Source: an uncultured Gammaproteobacteria bacterium (GTDB lineage: Bacteria > Patescibacteriota > Patescibacteriia > UBA2591 > UBA6264). From it: 64,000 nt of DNA. Both the position numbers and the translations under genes were made by a program. This document shows, piece by piece, positions 21,158 to 31,354 of this stretch (positions within the stretch are counted from its first letter, which is position 1; every line of letters starts with the position of its first letter). Below the pieces are notes generated by a model, which saw only the letters and a list, made by a program, of their open reading frames with translations, ran no database searches and was not told the origin of the DNA. The DNA lies in NCBI GenBank assembly GCA_964596735.1, contig CAZQVF010000004.1, forward strand, positions 229-64,228. The letters run 5' to 3'.

Positions 21158-22151
21158 CAAAAAAGCAAAAAAAAGACTTCTCAGTTATAGCCTAGCTATT
21201 AATGAAGCGACTCACCAAATGATGAGTCAGAATAAATCTGTTTTTATTATTGGTCAAGGAGTTAAAAGCCCTTGGTATGTTGGTAATACTTGTCAAAATC
21301 TTTTAGAAAAATTTGGCCCTAAACGGGTTATTGATACGCCCATTGCTGAAAATGCTATCACTGGTGTTGGTGTCGGGGCTGGCATTGCCGGAGCTCGTGC
21401 CATTGTCGTTCATCCGCGTATTGATTTTATGCTCTACGGATTAGATCCGATTATTAATGAAGCGGCTAATTGGCGTTATATCTTTGGTGGTCAATCAACC
21501 GCTCCAGTAATTATTCGAGGAATAATCAATCGAGGAGGAGAGCAAGGAGCCCAACACTCCCAAACCTTACAAGGAATTTTTGCTCAGGTTCCAGGGCTAA
21601 AAGTAGTAATGCCAACTACAGCCTATGATGCCAAAGGTTTGTTAATTTCAGCTATTAAAGGCAATGACCCTGTGGTCTACATTGAAGATCGCTGGCTTTA
21701 TGAACAAAAATGCCACGTGCCTAAAAAAATATATACTGTCCCAATTGGTAAAGCAAAAATTAGAAAAAAGAGCAAAGGTATCACTATAATTGGCATTTCT
21801 TATGCAATGCTGAATACGCTTGAGGCTGCCAAAGAATTAAAAAAACAGAAAATTGATGCTGAAGTGATTGATGTTCGTACTATAAAGCCATTAGATATAA
21901 ATTTAATTATTAATTCAATTAAAAAAACAGGAAAAGTAGTTATTGTTGAAGCAGACTGGAAAACTGGCGGAGTTTCAGCCGAAATTGCTGCACAAATTTC
22001 AGATAAAGCATTCTCATATCTTAAAAAACCAATAAAAAGAATTTGTTTACCCGATTCCCCTGCCCCTACAAGTAAAACATTGGAAAAAGCATATTACGAT
22101 CATATTTCAACTAATAATATTATTAAAACAGTTAAAAAATTAATAAAATAA
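21150..22151 (+). CDS. TPP-dependent dehydrogenase E1 beta subunit-like
   Basis: RVIDTPIAE, GAQHSQ, PGLKVV.P, EVID.RTIKPLD. Confidence 0.9.
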   Translation: MADKKAKKRLLSYSLAINEATHQMMSQNKSVFIIGQGVKSPWYVGNTCQNLLEKFGPKRVIDTPIAENAITGVGVGAGIAGARAIVVHPRIDFMLYGLDPIINEAANWRYIFGGQSTAPVIIRGIINRGGEQGAQHSQTLQGIFAQVPGLKVVMPTTAYDAKGLLISAIKGNDPVVYIEDRWLYEQKCHVPKKIYTVPIGKAKIRKKSKGITIIGISYAMLNTLEAAKELKKQKIDAEVIDVRTIKPLDINLIINSIKKTGKVVIVEADWKTGGVSAEIAAQISDKAFSYLKKPIKRICLPDSPAPTSKTLEKAYYDHISTNNIIKTVKKLIK

Positions 22152-22153
22152 AT

Positions 22154-23269
22154 ATGCACAAAGTACCTTTTGTAAACTATCCCCTACATTATCAATCAAT
22201 GAAAAAAGAAATTGATGCGGCTATAAAAAGAGTTTTATCTAAAGGTGATTTAATACTCCGTGATGATGTAAAAAAATTTGAAAACAGTATCGCCTCGTTT
22301 CTAGGAGTCAAATATAGTGTAGGTGTAAATAGCTGTACAGATGCTTTAATTTTTTCATTACGAGCCGCTGGTATTAAAAGAGGTGATGAAGTTATAACCG
22401 TTTCTCATACTTTTCTTGCAACCATAGCCGCCATTGTCCACTGCGGGGCCAAACCCATCCTAATTGAAGTTGGAGATGATTACAATATGGACGCAGACGA
22501 GATAGAAGCGGCTATTACAAAGAAGACAAAAGCCATTCTTCTGGTTCATTTTAATGGTCGGGCTTGTAATATGAAAAAAATAATGAACCTTGCCAAAAAA
22601 CACAACCTAAAAGTAATTGAAGATGCGGCTCAATCTCTCGGGGCTACTTTTAATAAAAAAATGGCTGGTTCTTTTGGTCTCTCAAGTTGTTTTAGTTTTT
22701 ATCCGGCAAAAATACTCGGAACATTTGGAGACGGTGGAATGGTGTGTACAAACAACAAATCTTTTGCTCAAAAAATTATTCTTTTAAGAGATCATGGAAG
22801 AGAAACTAAAGACAAGATAGCTTGTTATGGGTTTACTAGTCGTCTAGACAATTTGCAGGCCGCTATTCTTAATGTGAAATTTAAATATTTTTCTGCTTGG
22901 ATTAAAAAACGTAGAAAATTAGCCGCTGTTTATAATCAAGGATTATCAGGAATAAAAGAAATTAAACTTCCTCCGTCTCCTCAAACAAAAGGGCCATTCT
23001 TTGATGTATACCAAAACTATGTAATCCGGGCCAAGAAAAGAAATAAGCTTGCTTTGTGCTTAAAAAATAAAGGGATTGAAACAATTATTTCCAGCCCTAT
23101 TCCAAATCATAAACAAAGGGCATTAAAAGACCTACATCATTTTCATCTTCCAAAAACAGAACAAATGGCAAAAGAGGTTATTTCTCTTCCCTTATATCCT
23201 GAATTAACCAATATGCAAATAAAATACGTTATTCAAGCTGTCCGCGAGTTTTATAAAAATAAGAACTGA
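22154..23269 (+). CDS. DegT/DnrJ/EryC1/StrS sugar aminotransferase
   Basis: IEDAAQ, SFYPAK (PLP Lys), GDGG, SRLD.LQAA. Confidence 0.93.
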   Translation: MHKVPFVNYPLHYQSMKKEIDAAIKRVLSKGDLILRDDVKKFENSIASFLGVKYSVGVNSCTDALIFSLRAAGIKRGDEVITVSHTFLATIAAIVHCGAKPILIEVGDDYNMDADEIEAAITKKTKAILLVHFNGRACNMKKIMNLAKKHNLKVIEDAAQSLGATFNKKMAGSFGLSSCFSFYPAKILGTFGDGGMVCTNNKSFAQKIILLRDHGRETKDKIACYGFTSRLDNLQAAILNVKFKYFSAWIKKRRKLAAVYNQGLSGIKEIKLPPSPQTKGPFFDVYQNYVIRAKKRNKLALCLKNKGIETIISSPIPNHKQRALKDLHHFHLPKTEQMAKEVISLPLYPELTNMQIKYVIQAVREFYKNKN

Positions 23270-23284
23270 TAAACGGTAATTCCT

Positions 23285-24442
23285 ATGAGAAAAACATTTT
23301 TATCATTTTCCCCTCCTTTAATTGGCCAGGAAGAAATTAAACAAGTTGTTAAAACGCTTAAGTCTGGCTGGTTAACTACTGGACCAAAAGCTAAAAAATT
23401 TGAAAGAAATTTTGCCAAGTTTGTTGATGCTAAATATGCCGTTGCCACCAACTCCTGCACTGCCGCTCTTCATCTTTGTTTAAAAATCATTGGTGTTAAA
23501 AGCGGTGATGAAGTTATTGTTCCCACAATGACTTTTGCGGCCACTGCTGAGGTTGTTGAACATCTTAATGCCAGACCCGTTTTAGTTGATATTAGACCCG
23601 ATACTTTAATTATCGACCCGAAACAGATTGAAAAAGCCATTACTAAAAAAACCAAAGCTATTATTCCGGTTCATCATGGTGGTCAAGCCGGTGAAATTGA
23701 TAAAATCCTTAAAATTGCCAAAAAATATAAGCTAAAAGTTGTTTGGGACGCGGCCCATGCTTTGCCCACAAAGTATAAAGGAAAAATAATTGGAAGCTTT
23801 CCTGATTTAACTTGCTTTAGTTTTTATGTCAATAAAACTCTAGCAGCTGGCCAAGGAGGAATAATAACAACTAATAATAAAAAATGGGCTGAACAAGCGC
23901 GTCTATTAAGTTTTCACGGTATTAATACAAATCCTTGGAAGCGTAGTACTGTGGGTTCTTGGTATTATGAAATTATCACTCCAGGATTTGAATGTAATTT
24001 AACTGATATTGCTGCTTCTTTAGGCTTAGTCCAGTTAAAAAGAGTTAATTCTTTTTTACAAAAAAGAAGAAGAATTGCCCAAGCATATAACCAGGCTTTT
24101 AAAAATTTAAAAGAGATTGACATTCCTGTTATTGGAAAAAACACTAAACCTTGCTGGCATCTCTATGTTATTCAATTAAACCTTAATAAATTAAAAATAA
24201 ATCGTAATCAATTTATTCAAGAATTAAAAAAACGAAACATTGGCTTTAGTGTACACTTTATCCCCTTGCATCTACACCCGTATTATAGGGAAAAATATGG
24301 ATATAAGGCTAATGATTTTCCTCATGCTTATGCTGCCTATAAACGAATAATTTCTCTACCTATTTATCCTAAAATGACTCAAAAGGATATTCGAGATGTT
24401 GTCTGGGCCGTCAAAGACATTGTTAAAAAATTTAAAAAATGA
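23285..24442 (+). CDS. DegT/DnrJ/EryC1/StrS sugar aminotransferase (ArnB/PglE-like)
   Basis: SGWLTTGP, NSCTAALH, DAAH, SFYVNK. Confidence 0.93.
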   Translation: MRKTFLSFSPPLIGQEEIKQVVKTLKSGWLTTGPKAKKFERNFAKFVDAKYAVATNSCTAALHLCLKIIGVKSGDEVIVPTMTFAATAEVVEHLNARPVLVDIRPDTLIIDPKQIEKAITKKTKAIIPVHHGGQAGEIDKILKIAKKYKLKVVWDAAHALPTKYKGKIIGSFPDLTCFSFYVNKTLAAGQGGIITTNNKKWAEQARLLSFHGINTNPWKRSTVGSWYYEIITPGFECNLTDIAASLGLVQLKRVNSFLQKRRRIAQAYNQAFKNLKEIDIPVIGKNTKPCWHLYVIQLNLNKLKINRNQFIQELKKRNIGFSVHFIPLHLHPYYREKYGYKANDFPHAYAAYKRIISLPIYPKMTQKDIRDVVWAVKDIVKKFKK

Positions 24443-26322
24443 GTATAAAAAATAAAATTTTCACTAATATAGCTTTGAAAAGAACCATCTTCTTTTTATT
24501 AAGCGATGTTGTTTTAATTGGACTAGCTTGCTGGCTGGGTTTTTTGCTTCGTTTTGATGCAAGTATTCCTCAAAAATATTTTTTAATGATTAAAGCATTT
24601 ATTGTTTTTTGCATCCCTGTAATCATTTTTTTCTTTTTCTTAGAAAAACTTTATTCTATTTCTTGGACATTTATTAGTGTTACTGAGCTCTTTAAACTAA
24701 TCAGAGCCGTCATCATCAGTTTTTTAATCATTGGTGGTATCATATATCTTTTACGTAGCCAGCAAACAGTTTTTTCTGGGTTTCCTCGTTCAATCCTTTT
24801 TATTACCTTTAATCTTGTTCTTGGATTTACTGGGGCCTTACGTTTTGCTAAAAGAATTTATCTCCACGGATTTCAAAGAATTAGTCGAAATGGAAAAAAC
24901 ACCAAAAAAGGTAAGCCTATTCTAATTATTGGGGCCGGCGGAGCAGGAGAACAATTAGCTCGACACATTGTCTCTTCCTCTAATACTCCTTATTCTTTAA
25001 TCGGCTTTATTGATGACAGTCCCGTGAAACAAGGAATTTTAATTCATGGTATTAAAACTTTGGGAAAAATTAAGGATTTACCAAAAATTGTTAAAGAACA
25101 TCAGGTTAAAGAAATTATTATCGCCATGCCTTCTGTCTCTCGAAAAATTATTAAACAGACTGTTAATTTGTCTCGCAAGGCTGGTGTGCAAAAAATAAAA
25201 ATATTGCCAAGTACTGAACAAATTCTAGCAGAAAGAGTTAGTTTAAGTAATTTACGTGATATCTCTATTGAAGATTTACTCGGCCGAGAATCAGTAAAGA
25301 TAGACATGCGTGCTATTCAAAGCTATATTACTGGAAAAACTATCTTAATAACGGGAGCGGCTGGTTCAATTGGTTCTGAATTGTGCGAACAAGTCTTAAA
25401 ATTTAAGCCAAAAAGATTAATTGCCTTAGACCAAGGTGAAACTGGCATTTTTCATTTAGAAAGAAATTTAAATAAAGCGTTTCCACAAATTCAAAAGTCA
25501 TTTATTCTCGCTGATGTTTACGACCAAAATAAAACAAATCAAGTGTTTCATAGTCTTAAACCTGAAGTTGTTTTTCATGCTGCCGCCTACAAACATGTGC
25601 CTGTAATGGAAGCCAATCCTGAAGAGGCAATTAAAAATAATGTTTTTGGAACATTGACACTTGGTAAGGCTGCTTTAGAGAACAATGTTGAAAAATTTGT
25701 GATGATCTCTACTGACAAGGCAATTAATCCCACCTCAATAATGGGAGCAAGCAAACGAATTTGTGAAATGATCTGTGTTTGGCTTAATAAACAAAATAAA
25801 ACAAAATTCTGTGCGGTCAGGTTTGGCAATGTTTTAGGTAGCCAGGGAAGCGTTGTTCCTATTTTTGAAAAACAAATAAAAAAGGGTGGTCCTGTTGAGG
25901 TAACCCACCCTGAAATGAAAAGATATTTTATGGTCACAGCTGAATCTTGTCTCTTGGTCATGCAAGCCGGGGCCATTGGCCAGGGTGGTGAAGTTTTTGT
26001 CCTTGATATGGGTCAACCAATTAAAATTGTTGATTTAGCCAGGGAAATGATCCGCTTAGCAGGCTATCAGCCCGATGTTGACATTCCTATTGTTTTTACT
26101 GGAATCAGACATGGAGAAAAATTATTTGAGGAAATCATGACAGATAAAGAAACCCCGACTAAACATGAAAAAATATTTATTGCTCAACTCTCACAAATCA
26201 ATGAAGAAAAGCTGATTCAGTGTTTAGAAAGCTTTAAGCAGGCCCTTGAAAAAATTGATAAAGCTGCTATAATAAATACATTAAAAGACCTTGTTCCTAT
26301 GTATGAAACAGGTAAAAAATAA
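24439..26322 (+). CDS. Membrane-bound NDP-sugar 4,6-dehydratase (PglF/CapD/WbpM family)
   Basis: N-terminal TMs, GAG.AG, TGAAGSIGSEL, HAAAYKHVP, STDKA, RFGNVLGS.GS. Confidence 0.93.
   Translation: MSIKNKIFTNIALKRTIFFLLSDVVLIGLACWLGFLLRFDASIPQKYFLMIKAFIVFCIPVIIFFFFLEKLYSISWTFISVTELFKLIRAVIISFLIIGGIIYLLRSQQTVFSGFPRSILFITFNLVLGFTGALRFAKRIYLHGFQRISRNGKNTKKGKPILIIGAGGAGEQLARHIVSSSNTPYSLIGFIDDSPVKQGILIHGIKTLGKIKDLPKIVKEHQVKEIIIAMPSVSRKIIKQTVNLSRKAGVQKIKILPSTEQILAERVSLSNLRDISIEDLLGRESVKIDMRAIQSYITGKTILITGAAGSIGSELCEQVLKFKPKRLIALDQGETGIFHLERNLNKAFPQIQKSFILADVYDQNKTNQVFHSLKPEVVFHAAAYKHVPVMEANPEEAIKNNVFGTLTLGKAALENNVEKFVMISTDKAINPTSIMGASKRICEMICVWLNKQNKTKFCAVRFGNVLGSQGSVVPIFEKQIKKGGPVEVTHPEMKRYFMVTAESCLLVMQAGAIGQGGEVFVLDMGQPIKIVDLAREMIRLAGYQPDVDIPIVFTGIRHGEKLFEEIMTDKETPTKHEKIFIAQLSQINEEKLIQCLESFKQALEKIDKAAIINTLKDLVPMYETGKK
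26246..26273 (+). promoter_or_regulatory. Possible internal sigma70 promoter upstream of wzz
   Basis: TTGAAA-16 bp-TATAAT with TG extended -10, 55 bp before the wzz start. Confidence 0.35.
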
Positions 26323-26327
26323 CCACT

Positions 26328-27272
26328 ATGGACTATCATCAATCACAATCTCAACAACATAGTCAACAAGTTAAATCTTCTTATGAAGAAGAAATTAACT
26401 TAAGAGACTATTTACAAACGATTTGGAAAAGGAAAATGAGCATTATTGCTGTTTTCTTAATAATTGTTATTCTGGGTGGAATCTTGACTTATTTTGTTTT
26501 ACCAAAAATTTATGAGAGTACATCAATTTTAAGAATAGGAAAAATTAGTGGCGAGCACATCGAAACACCCGAACAAACAGAAGTCATTATTTCTACGCTT
26601 ACTATTAATAGAGAAATAATGAGGAGATTAGATTTATTAGAGTTACCCAAAAAATCTAAAATACCAGAAGAGATAAGAATAACAAATAAAATTGATGACT
26701 TTCTAAAGGTTAAAACAACTGCCTCTACTCCTGAAAGAACGCTGGCTTTAAATGAAATTACTAATGAGATTATAATAGAGAGGCATACTGACTTAGCAAC
26801 CCAGGCTCAACTTGCTTTAAAAGAAAGTATTGAACAGATCCAAAAACAAACTAAAGACACTGAAATAGCCATGGCTGAAACATCAAAAAGAATAGAAACA
26901 GTTAACCAAGAGGCTGATAGTATTTTAAAAAAAGTAGAAGAATTAGACAAAGCTTCTACTGAAGGACAGGGTCGGGTTGTTCAGGGGTATTTAAATGCTT
27001 GGCAAGATACAAAGGCTCGAATAGGAAGTGAACAGACAAAACATGACCAGCTTAAAAACAAATTGGAAGCATTAAAAAATTCTCTGCGTGGAAAACAGAT
27101 AGAACAGGCCTATCAAGAACAGCCTACTAGCATAGAAGTTGGGCCTGCCTTGGCTAGTGGTCCGGTTAAACCAAATAAACAATTAAATTGGGTAATCACG
27201 ATTATTATCGCCTTCTTTGTTAGTATTATCTACGGTTTCATGGCCGAATATTTTAGCAAAGAAAAAGTTTAG
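26328..27272 (+). CDS. wzz: Wzz-like chain length determinant
   Basis: EEEINLRDY..IWKRK, N- and C-terminal TMs, coiled coil, PVKP before the last TM. Confidence 0.85.
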   Translation: MDYHQSQSQQHSQQVKSSYEEEINLRDYLQTIWKRKMSIIAVFLIIVILGGILTYFVLPKIYESTSILRIGKISGEHIETPEQTEVIISTLTINREIMRRLDLLELPKKSKIPEEIRITNKIDDFLKVKTTASTPERTLALNEITNEIIIERHTDLATQAQLALKESIEQIQKQTKDTEIAMAETSKRIETVNQEADSILKKVEELDKASTEGQGRVVQGYLNAWQDTKARIGSEQTKHDQLKNKLEALKNSLRGKQIEQAYQEQPTSIEVGPALASGPVKPNKQLNWVITIIIAFFVSIIYGFMAEYFSKEKV

Positions 27273-27291
27273 AATAAAGAATTAATAATAT

Positions 27292-27324
27292 AAAAGGACC
27301 CGTTTAAACGCGGGTCCTTTTTTT
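27292..27324. terminator. Bidirectional intrinsic terminator between convergent wzz and recA
   Basis: AAAAGGACCCG-8 nt loop-CGGGTCCTTTT followed by a T-run, with an A-run on the other side. Confidence 0.85.
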
Positions 27325-27342
27325 ATATAACTATCTAACTAT

Positions 27343-28353
27343 TTACTTCTCCTCTTCTTTAATAGCTTTTAAAATATCTTTTTTTAATTGCTGGGCTAAT
27401 TTCTTATCCTCTCTTAAGCTTTGTTTGGCTTTTTCCCAACCGACTCCAAGCTTATTCTCTCCATAACTTAAAGTATTTCCTGATTTCTTAACCAAGCCAT
27501 GTTTGGCTCCTAAATTTAACAAATCTCCGGCCCAAGAAATACCTTCATCATACATAATCTCAAACTCACAAACTTTAAATGGCGGAGCTACCTTATTCTT
27601 AACAACCTTGACCTTAACCTTATTGCCAATAACATCATCACCTTTTTTCATTTGAGCTAGACGTCTGAGTTCTATTCTAACTGAGGAATAAAATTTTAAA
27701 GCCAAGCCGCCTGTTGTCGTCTCTGGATTACCAAAATAGATTCCAATTTTCATTCGAATTTGATTAATAAAAATTACCGATGTATTAGTCTTACTAACAA
27801 TACTAGTTAGTTTTCTAAGGGCTTGGGACATAAGACGAGCTTGCAATCCCATTTGAGCATCTCCCATATCTCCTTCGATTTCTTTTTTTGGCGTTAAAGC
27901 CGCCACTGAGTCAATAACAATAATATCAACCCCATTAGAACGAACCAAGGTTTCAACAATTTCTAAAGCTTCTTCAGCACAAGATGGTTGAGAAATTAAG
28001 AGATCATTAACCTTAACCCCTATTTTTTTAGAATATTCTGGGTCTAAAGCATGTTCAGCATCAACAAAAGCGGCAATTCCACCTTTTTTCTGGGCTTCAG
28101 CAATCATATGAAGAGCTAAAGTAGACTTACCAGTCATTTCATTTCCAAAAATCTCAATCACCCGACCCCTGGGAATTCCCCCCACTCCTAAGGCTAAATC
28201 TAATGATAAACACCCTGTAGAAATCGCCTCTACCTGCATTTTTTTAGCCTCTCCGAGCTTCATAATAGTTCCTTCACCAAAACGTGACTTAATCTGCTCA
28301 ACAGCCGCTTCAGTCGCTTTTTGGCGCGGAGATATATCTTTTTGTTTATTCAT
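27343..28353 (-). CDS. recA: Recombinase RecA
   Basis: [37 protein letters not shown]. Confidence 0.98.
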   Translation of the reverse strand: MNKQKDISPRQKATEAAVEQIKSRFGEGTIMKLGEAKKMQVEAISTGCLSLDLALGVGGIPRGRVIEIFGNEMTGKSTLALHMIAEAQKKGGIAAFVDAEHALDPEYSKKIGVKVNDLLISQPSCAEEALEIVETLVRSNGVDIIVIDSVAALTPKKEIEGDMGDAQMGLQARLMSQALRKLTSIVSKTNTSVIFINQIRMKIGIYFGNPETTTGGLALKFYSSVRIELRRLAQMKKGDDVIGNKVKVKVVKNKVAPPFKVCEFEIMYDEGISWAGDLLNLGAKHGLVKKSGNTLSYGENKLGVGWEKAKQSLREDKKLAQQLKKDILKAIKEEEK

Positions 28354-28400
28354 ATAAATATTTATTAATGTTTATATTATATATCATTAAAGGCAATTTT

Positions 28401-28429
28401 ATTATATAAAGAAAAAACTACAAAGTCAA
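28401..28429 (-). promoter_or_regulatory. sigma70-type promoter of recA
   Basis: TTGACT-17 bp-TATAAT on the - strand, 48 bp before the recA ATG. Confidence 0.7.
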
Positions 28430-28430
28430 C

Positions 28431-29096
28431 TTATTTAATTATTTCTTTTTCCAATACTATTTGGCGATAAATAATTTTTTCTTTAGAATATTTCTTTTTA
28501 GCTGATATTTCAATTTGATTTAAACCAATTAAAAGATCTATTTTTTGTTCAAAAAATCCTTCCTCTGTTTGTTCCACTGGCTGGTTGTTAATAAAAATAG
28601 TCGCCCGAGGATTAGTTTTACCTTTAATTGTTAAAGATGAATTTGTTGTCACCATATCTTCAGCTGGATAAAAAATTTTAATCTCCGGACTAAATAAAAC
28701 ATTTTTAATGCCAAAACCTAAATAGAATAAAATTAAACAAAAAACTATCAAAATTAAAATAATCTTGAATTTAAACTGACTTAATTGAAACATTTCCTTT
28801 ATCTTGCTTCTCGGTTTTTTAAGTTCTCTTTCTCCATGATTATACTTTTCATCCCATTGACTAAGTATTTTTTCAAAATCTAATTTTAAAAACTCAGCAT
28901 AACGTTTTAAAAACCCACGAGCATAAGTTGGGCTTGGTAATTTATAAAAATCATCTGCCTCTAAAGATTCTAAATATTTAACCTCAATACTAATCTCCTT
29001 GGCTACCTCTTTTAAATCCAATTCTTGAGAAAGACGAGCCTTTTTTAAAAGCCCGCCTAGGGTATTTATTTTAATTTCTCGTTTAGTAAAACTCAT
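28431..29096 (-). CDS. RodZ-like HTH membrane protein
   Basis: N-terminal HTH (LE..DF..LP..Y.RGFLK.YA.FL), one TM, C-terminal beta-rich domain. Lies between ftsK and recA. Confidence 0.75.
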   Translation of the reverse strand: MSFTKREIKINTLGGLLKKARLSQELDLKEVAKEISIEVKYLESLEADDFYKLPSPTYARGFLKRYAEFLKLDFEKILSQWDEKYNHGERELKKPRSKIKEMFQLSQFKFKIILILIVFCLILFYLGFGIKNVLFSPEIKIFYPAEDMVTTNSSLTIKGKTNPRATIFINNQPVEQTEEGFFEQKIDLLIGLNQIEISAKKKYSKEKIIYRQIVLEKEIIK

Positions 29097-29105
29097 TTTT
29101 GTTCT

Positions 29106-31313
29106 CTATTCAACTTCTTCTTCATTTACTTCTTCTTCTAAACTTCGATAAACTTCTCTTGGTTTGGCTCCATCTGCTGGACCAATTATTCTTTCATTTT
29201 CTAATAAATCTAAAAGTCTAGCCGCTCTAGCATAGCCAATTCTTAAACGACGCTGTAAAAATGAAGCAGAAGCTTTACCCGCCTGAATAACTACATCCCT
29301 TGCCTCGGGTAACATTTCGTCTTCTTTTAAGTCTCCGTGTTCTAATCCTATTTCTATTTGATGACTTTTCGTAATATCTTCTTGAAAATTAGGCTCAGCA
29401 ATATTTCTTAAATATTCAACAATCCCTTTTACCTCATCATCAGAAACAAAAGCGCCTTGAATTCTTTTAGGTTTGGATAATTCTGAGGAGATAAAAAGCA
29501 TGTCTCCTCGTCCTAATAATTTTTCTGCTCCGGAAAGATCTAAAATCGTCCTGGAATCCATTAAAGAAGCAACGGAAAAGGCTATCCTTGACGTAATATT
29601 AGCCTTGATTAAACCCGTAATAATGTCCACAGAAGGCCTCTGAGTGGCCATAATGAGGTGAATACCCGTGGCTCGCGCCATTTGAGCTAAACGGACAATA
29701 CAGGCCTCTACCTCTTGAGCCGCCGTCGCCATTAAATCGGCTAATTCATCAATCATAATAACTATAAAGGGTAATTTATTTTCTGGATTAGCCTGGTTAT
29801 AGGCATTGATGTCTCTCTTTTTAGCCTCGGCCATAACATCAAAACGACGATCCATTTCGCCTACGGCCCACTTTAAAGCATTGATTGTTTTTTGCACATT
29901 AGTAATAACTGGAGTTAATAAATGAGGCAGGTCATTATAAAGAGTTAATTCAACTCTTTTTGGGTCAACCAAAATAAATCTTAAATCATCAGGCGAATTT
30001 TGATAAATCAGACTAATAATAACACTATTAAGGAAAATAGTTTTACCACTACCTGTGGAACCGGCGACTAAACAATGAGGCATTTTACCCAAATCAGCCA
30101 GCCAAATATTACCGGTGACGTCTCGCCCCAAAGCAATAGTCAAGTTTGATTTTCTGTTTTTAAAAGCATTGTCGGATAAAATTCCCCTTAATCTAATTAC
30201 GGCTACTTGTTGATTTGGGACTTCGATTCCGACCAAAGACTGCCCTGGAATTGGGGCTTCAATGCGAATAGGATGAGCCGCCAAGGCCAAGGACAAATCA
30301 TTATGCAAACCCGTAATATGGGATAATTTTACTCCATCAGCTGGCTTAAGCGTATACTGAGTTACGGTCGGGCCTATTTTAATCTCTCCCATTTCTACTG
30401 AAATATTAAAATTCTCTAAGGTTTTTTTAATAATTAACTTATTCTCTTTAATATCTCCGGCATTAGGTTTTGTTGAATCAGCTCCTAATAAGCTTAAAGG
30501 TAAATCAATTTTTTGATGCGATTTAATATAAGAAACAGACATCTCATCTTTTTTGCCCTTAGTCTTAGTAAATATATTTTTAATTTTTGGTATAATTTCC
30601 TCTTCTTCTTCATATTCTTCTTCATATTCTTCTTCGGTTGATTCAGCTAATAATTTATCTGTTGGCTCTGGCTTTAAAACTAATTTTTGTTTTCTTTTAA
30701 AAATAGATTTTAATCCACCTAAGGTCTTTTTAAATAAACCTTGCTGAATTATTTCTTCCCCCTCTTCTTCGTCCTCCTCTTCTTGTTCTCTTTTTAAGCT
30801 AACCAAGCCCGCCAAAACAATAATTAAACCAATTGTAAAGAGACCAATAAAAATCACCCAACTTGCCCAAAAGCCAAAGGTATTAACAACAAGATAACTA
30901 AGGCCATAGCCCAAATAACCTCCTCCATAATGTTCAATCAAAGCAATTTTGTCATCAACAAAATAAATATGAAAAATAGCTGATAAAACAAGAACTAAGA
31001 AAATTAATCCTCCGCAACGAGCCCCCAACGAAGGATATCTTCTGTCTAAAGCCTGGTTCATTTCTTTAATATCTTCGTATTTAAGTATTAACCAGCCAGA
31101 TAAAACCAGAACAACAGGAACCAACCAACTGGCCCAGCCAAAAAATGTTTCTAAACCTAAAACAAGAAATTCGCCAGCAACGCCAGCTAAATTAACTAAT
31201 CCTAGAAATAAAATAATCGCCAGCGTGAATAAAATTATGGCGACAATTAAGCGCTGAGTCTTTCTATTAAAAGAGAACCTAGACTCTTTTTTCTTTTTTC
31301 TTTTTTTGGCCAT
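29106..31313 (-). CDS. ftsK: DNA translocase FtsK/SpoIIIE
   Basis: N-terminal TMs, AGSTGSGKT, DELADLM, ATQRPSVD, gamma domain LQRRLRIGY.RAARL. Confidence 0.97.
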   Translation of the reverse strand: MAKKRKKKKESRFSFNRKTQRLIVAIILFTLAIILFLGLVNLAGVAGEFLVLGLETFFGWASWLVPVVLVLSGWLILKYEDIKEMNQALDRRYPSLGARCGGLIFLVLVLSAIFHIYFVDDKIALIEHYGGGYLGYGLSYLVVNTFGFWASWVIFIGLFTIGLIIVLAGLVSLKREQEEEDEEEGEEIIQQGLFKKTLGGLKSIFKRKQKLVLKPEPTDKLLAESTEEEYEEEYEEEEEIIPKIKNIFTKTKGKKDEMSVSYIKSHQKIDLPLSLLGADSTKPNAGDIKENKLIIKKTLENFNISVEMGEIKIGPTVTQYTLKPADGVKLSHITGLHNDLSLALAAHPIRIEAPIPGQSLVGIEVPNQQVAVIRLRGILSDNAFKNRKSNLTIALGRDVTGNIWLADLGKMPHCLVAGSTGSGKTIFLNSVIISLIYQNSPDDLRFILVDPKRVELTLYNDLPHLLTPVITNVQKTINALKWAVGEMDRRFDVMAEAKKRDINAYNQANPENKLPFIVIMIDELADLMATAAQEVEACIVRLAQMARATGIHLIMATQRPSVDIITGLIKANITSRIAFSVASLMDSRTILDLSGAEKLLGRGDMLFISSELSKPKRIQGAFVSDDEVKGIVEYLRNIAEPNFQEDITKSHQIEIGLEHGDLKEDEMLPEARDVVIQAGKASASFLQRRLRIGYARAARLLDLLENERIIGPADGAKPREVYRSLEEEVNEEEVE

Positions 31314-31327
31314 GACTTAAAATTTTT

Positions 31328-31354
31328 AATTTCAAGGTTCTGCGTAGCAGGTTC
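31328..31354 (-). repeat. GAACC-bounded mini-hairpin cassette after the rpoC stop
   Basis: + strand: AATTTCAA-GGTTC-TGCGTAGCA-GGTTC-TTA(stop). Confidence 0.7.

Noticed and set aside
30595-30640. Short tandem repeat in ftsK (EEEYEEEYEEEEE)
   Set aside because: Ordinary low-complexity acidic linker of FtsK.
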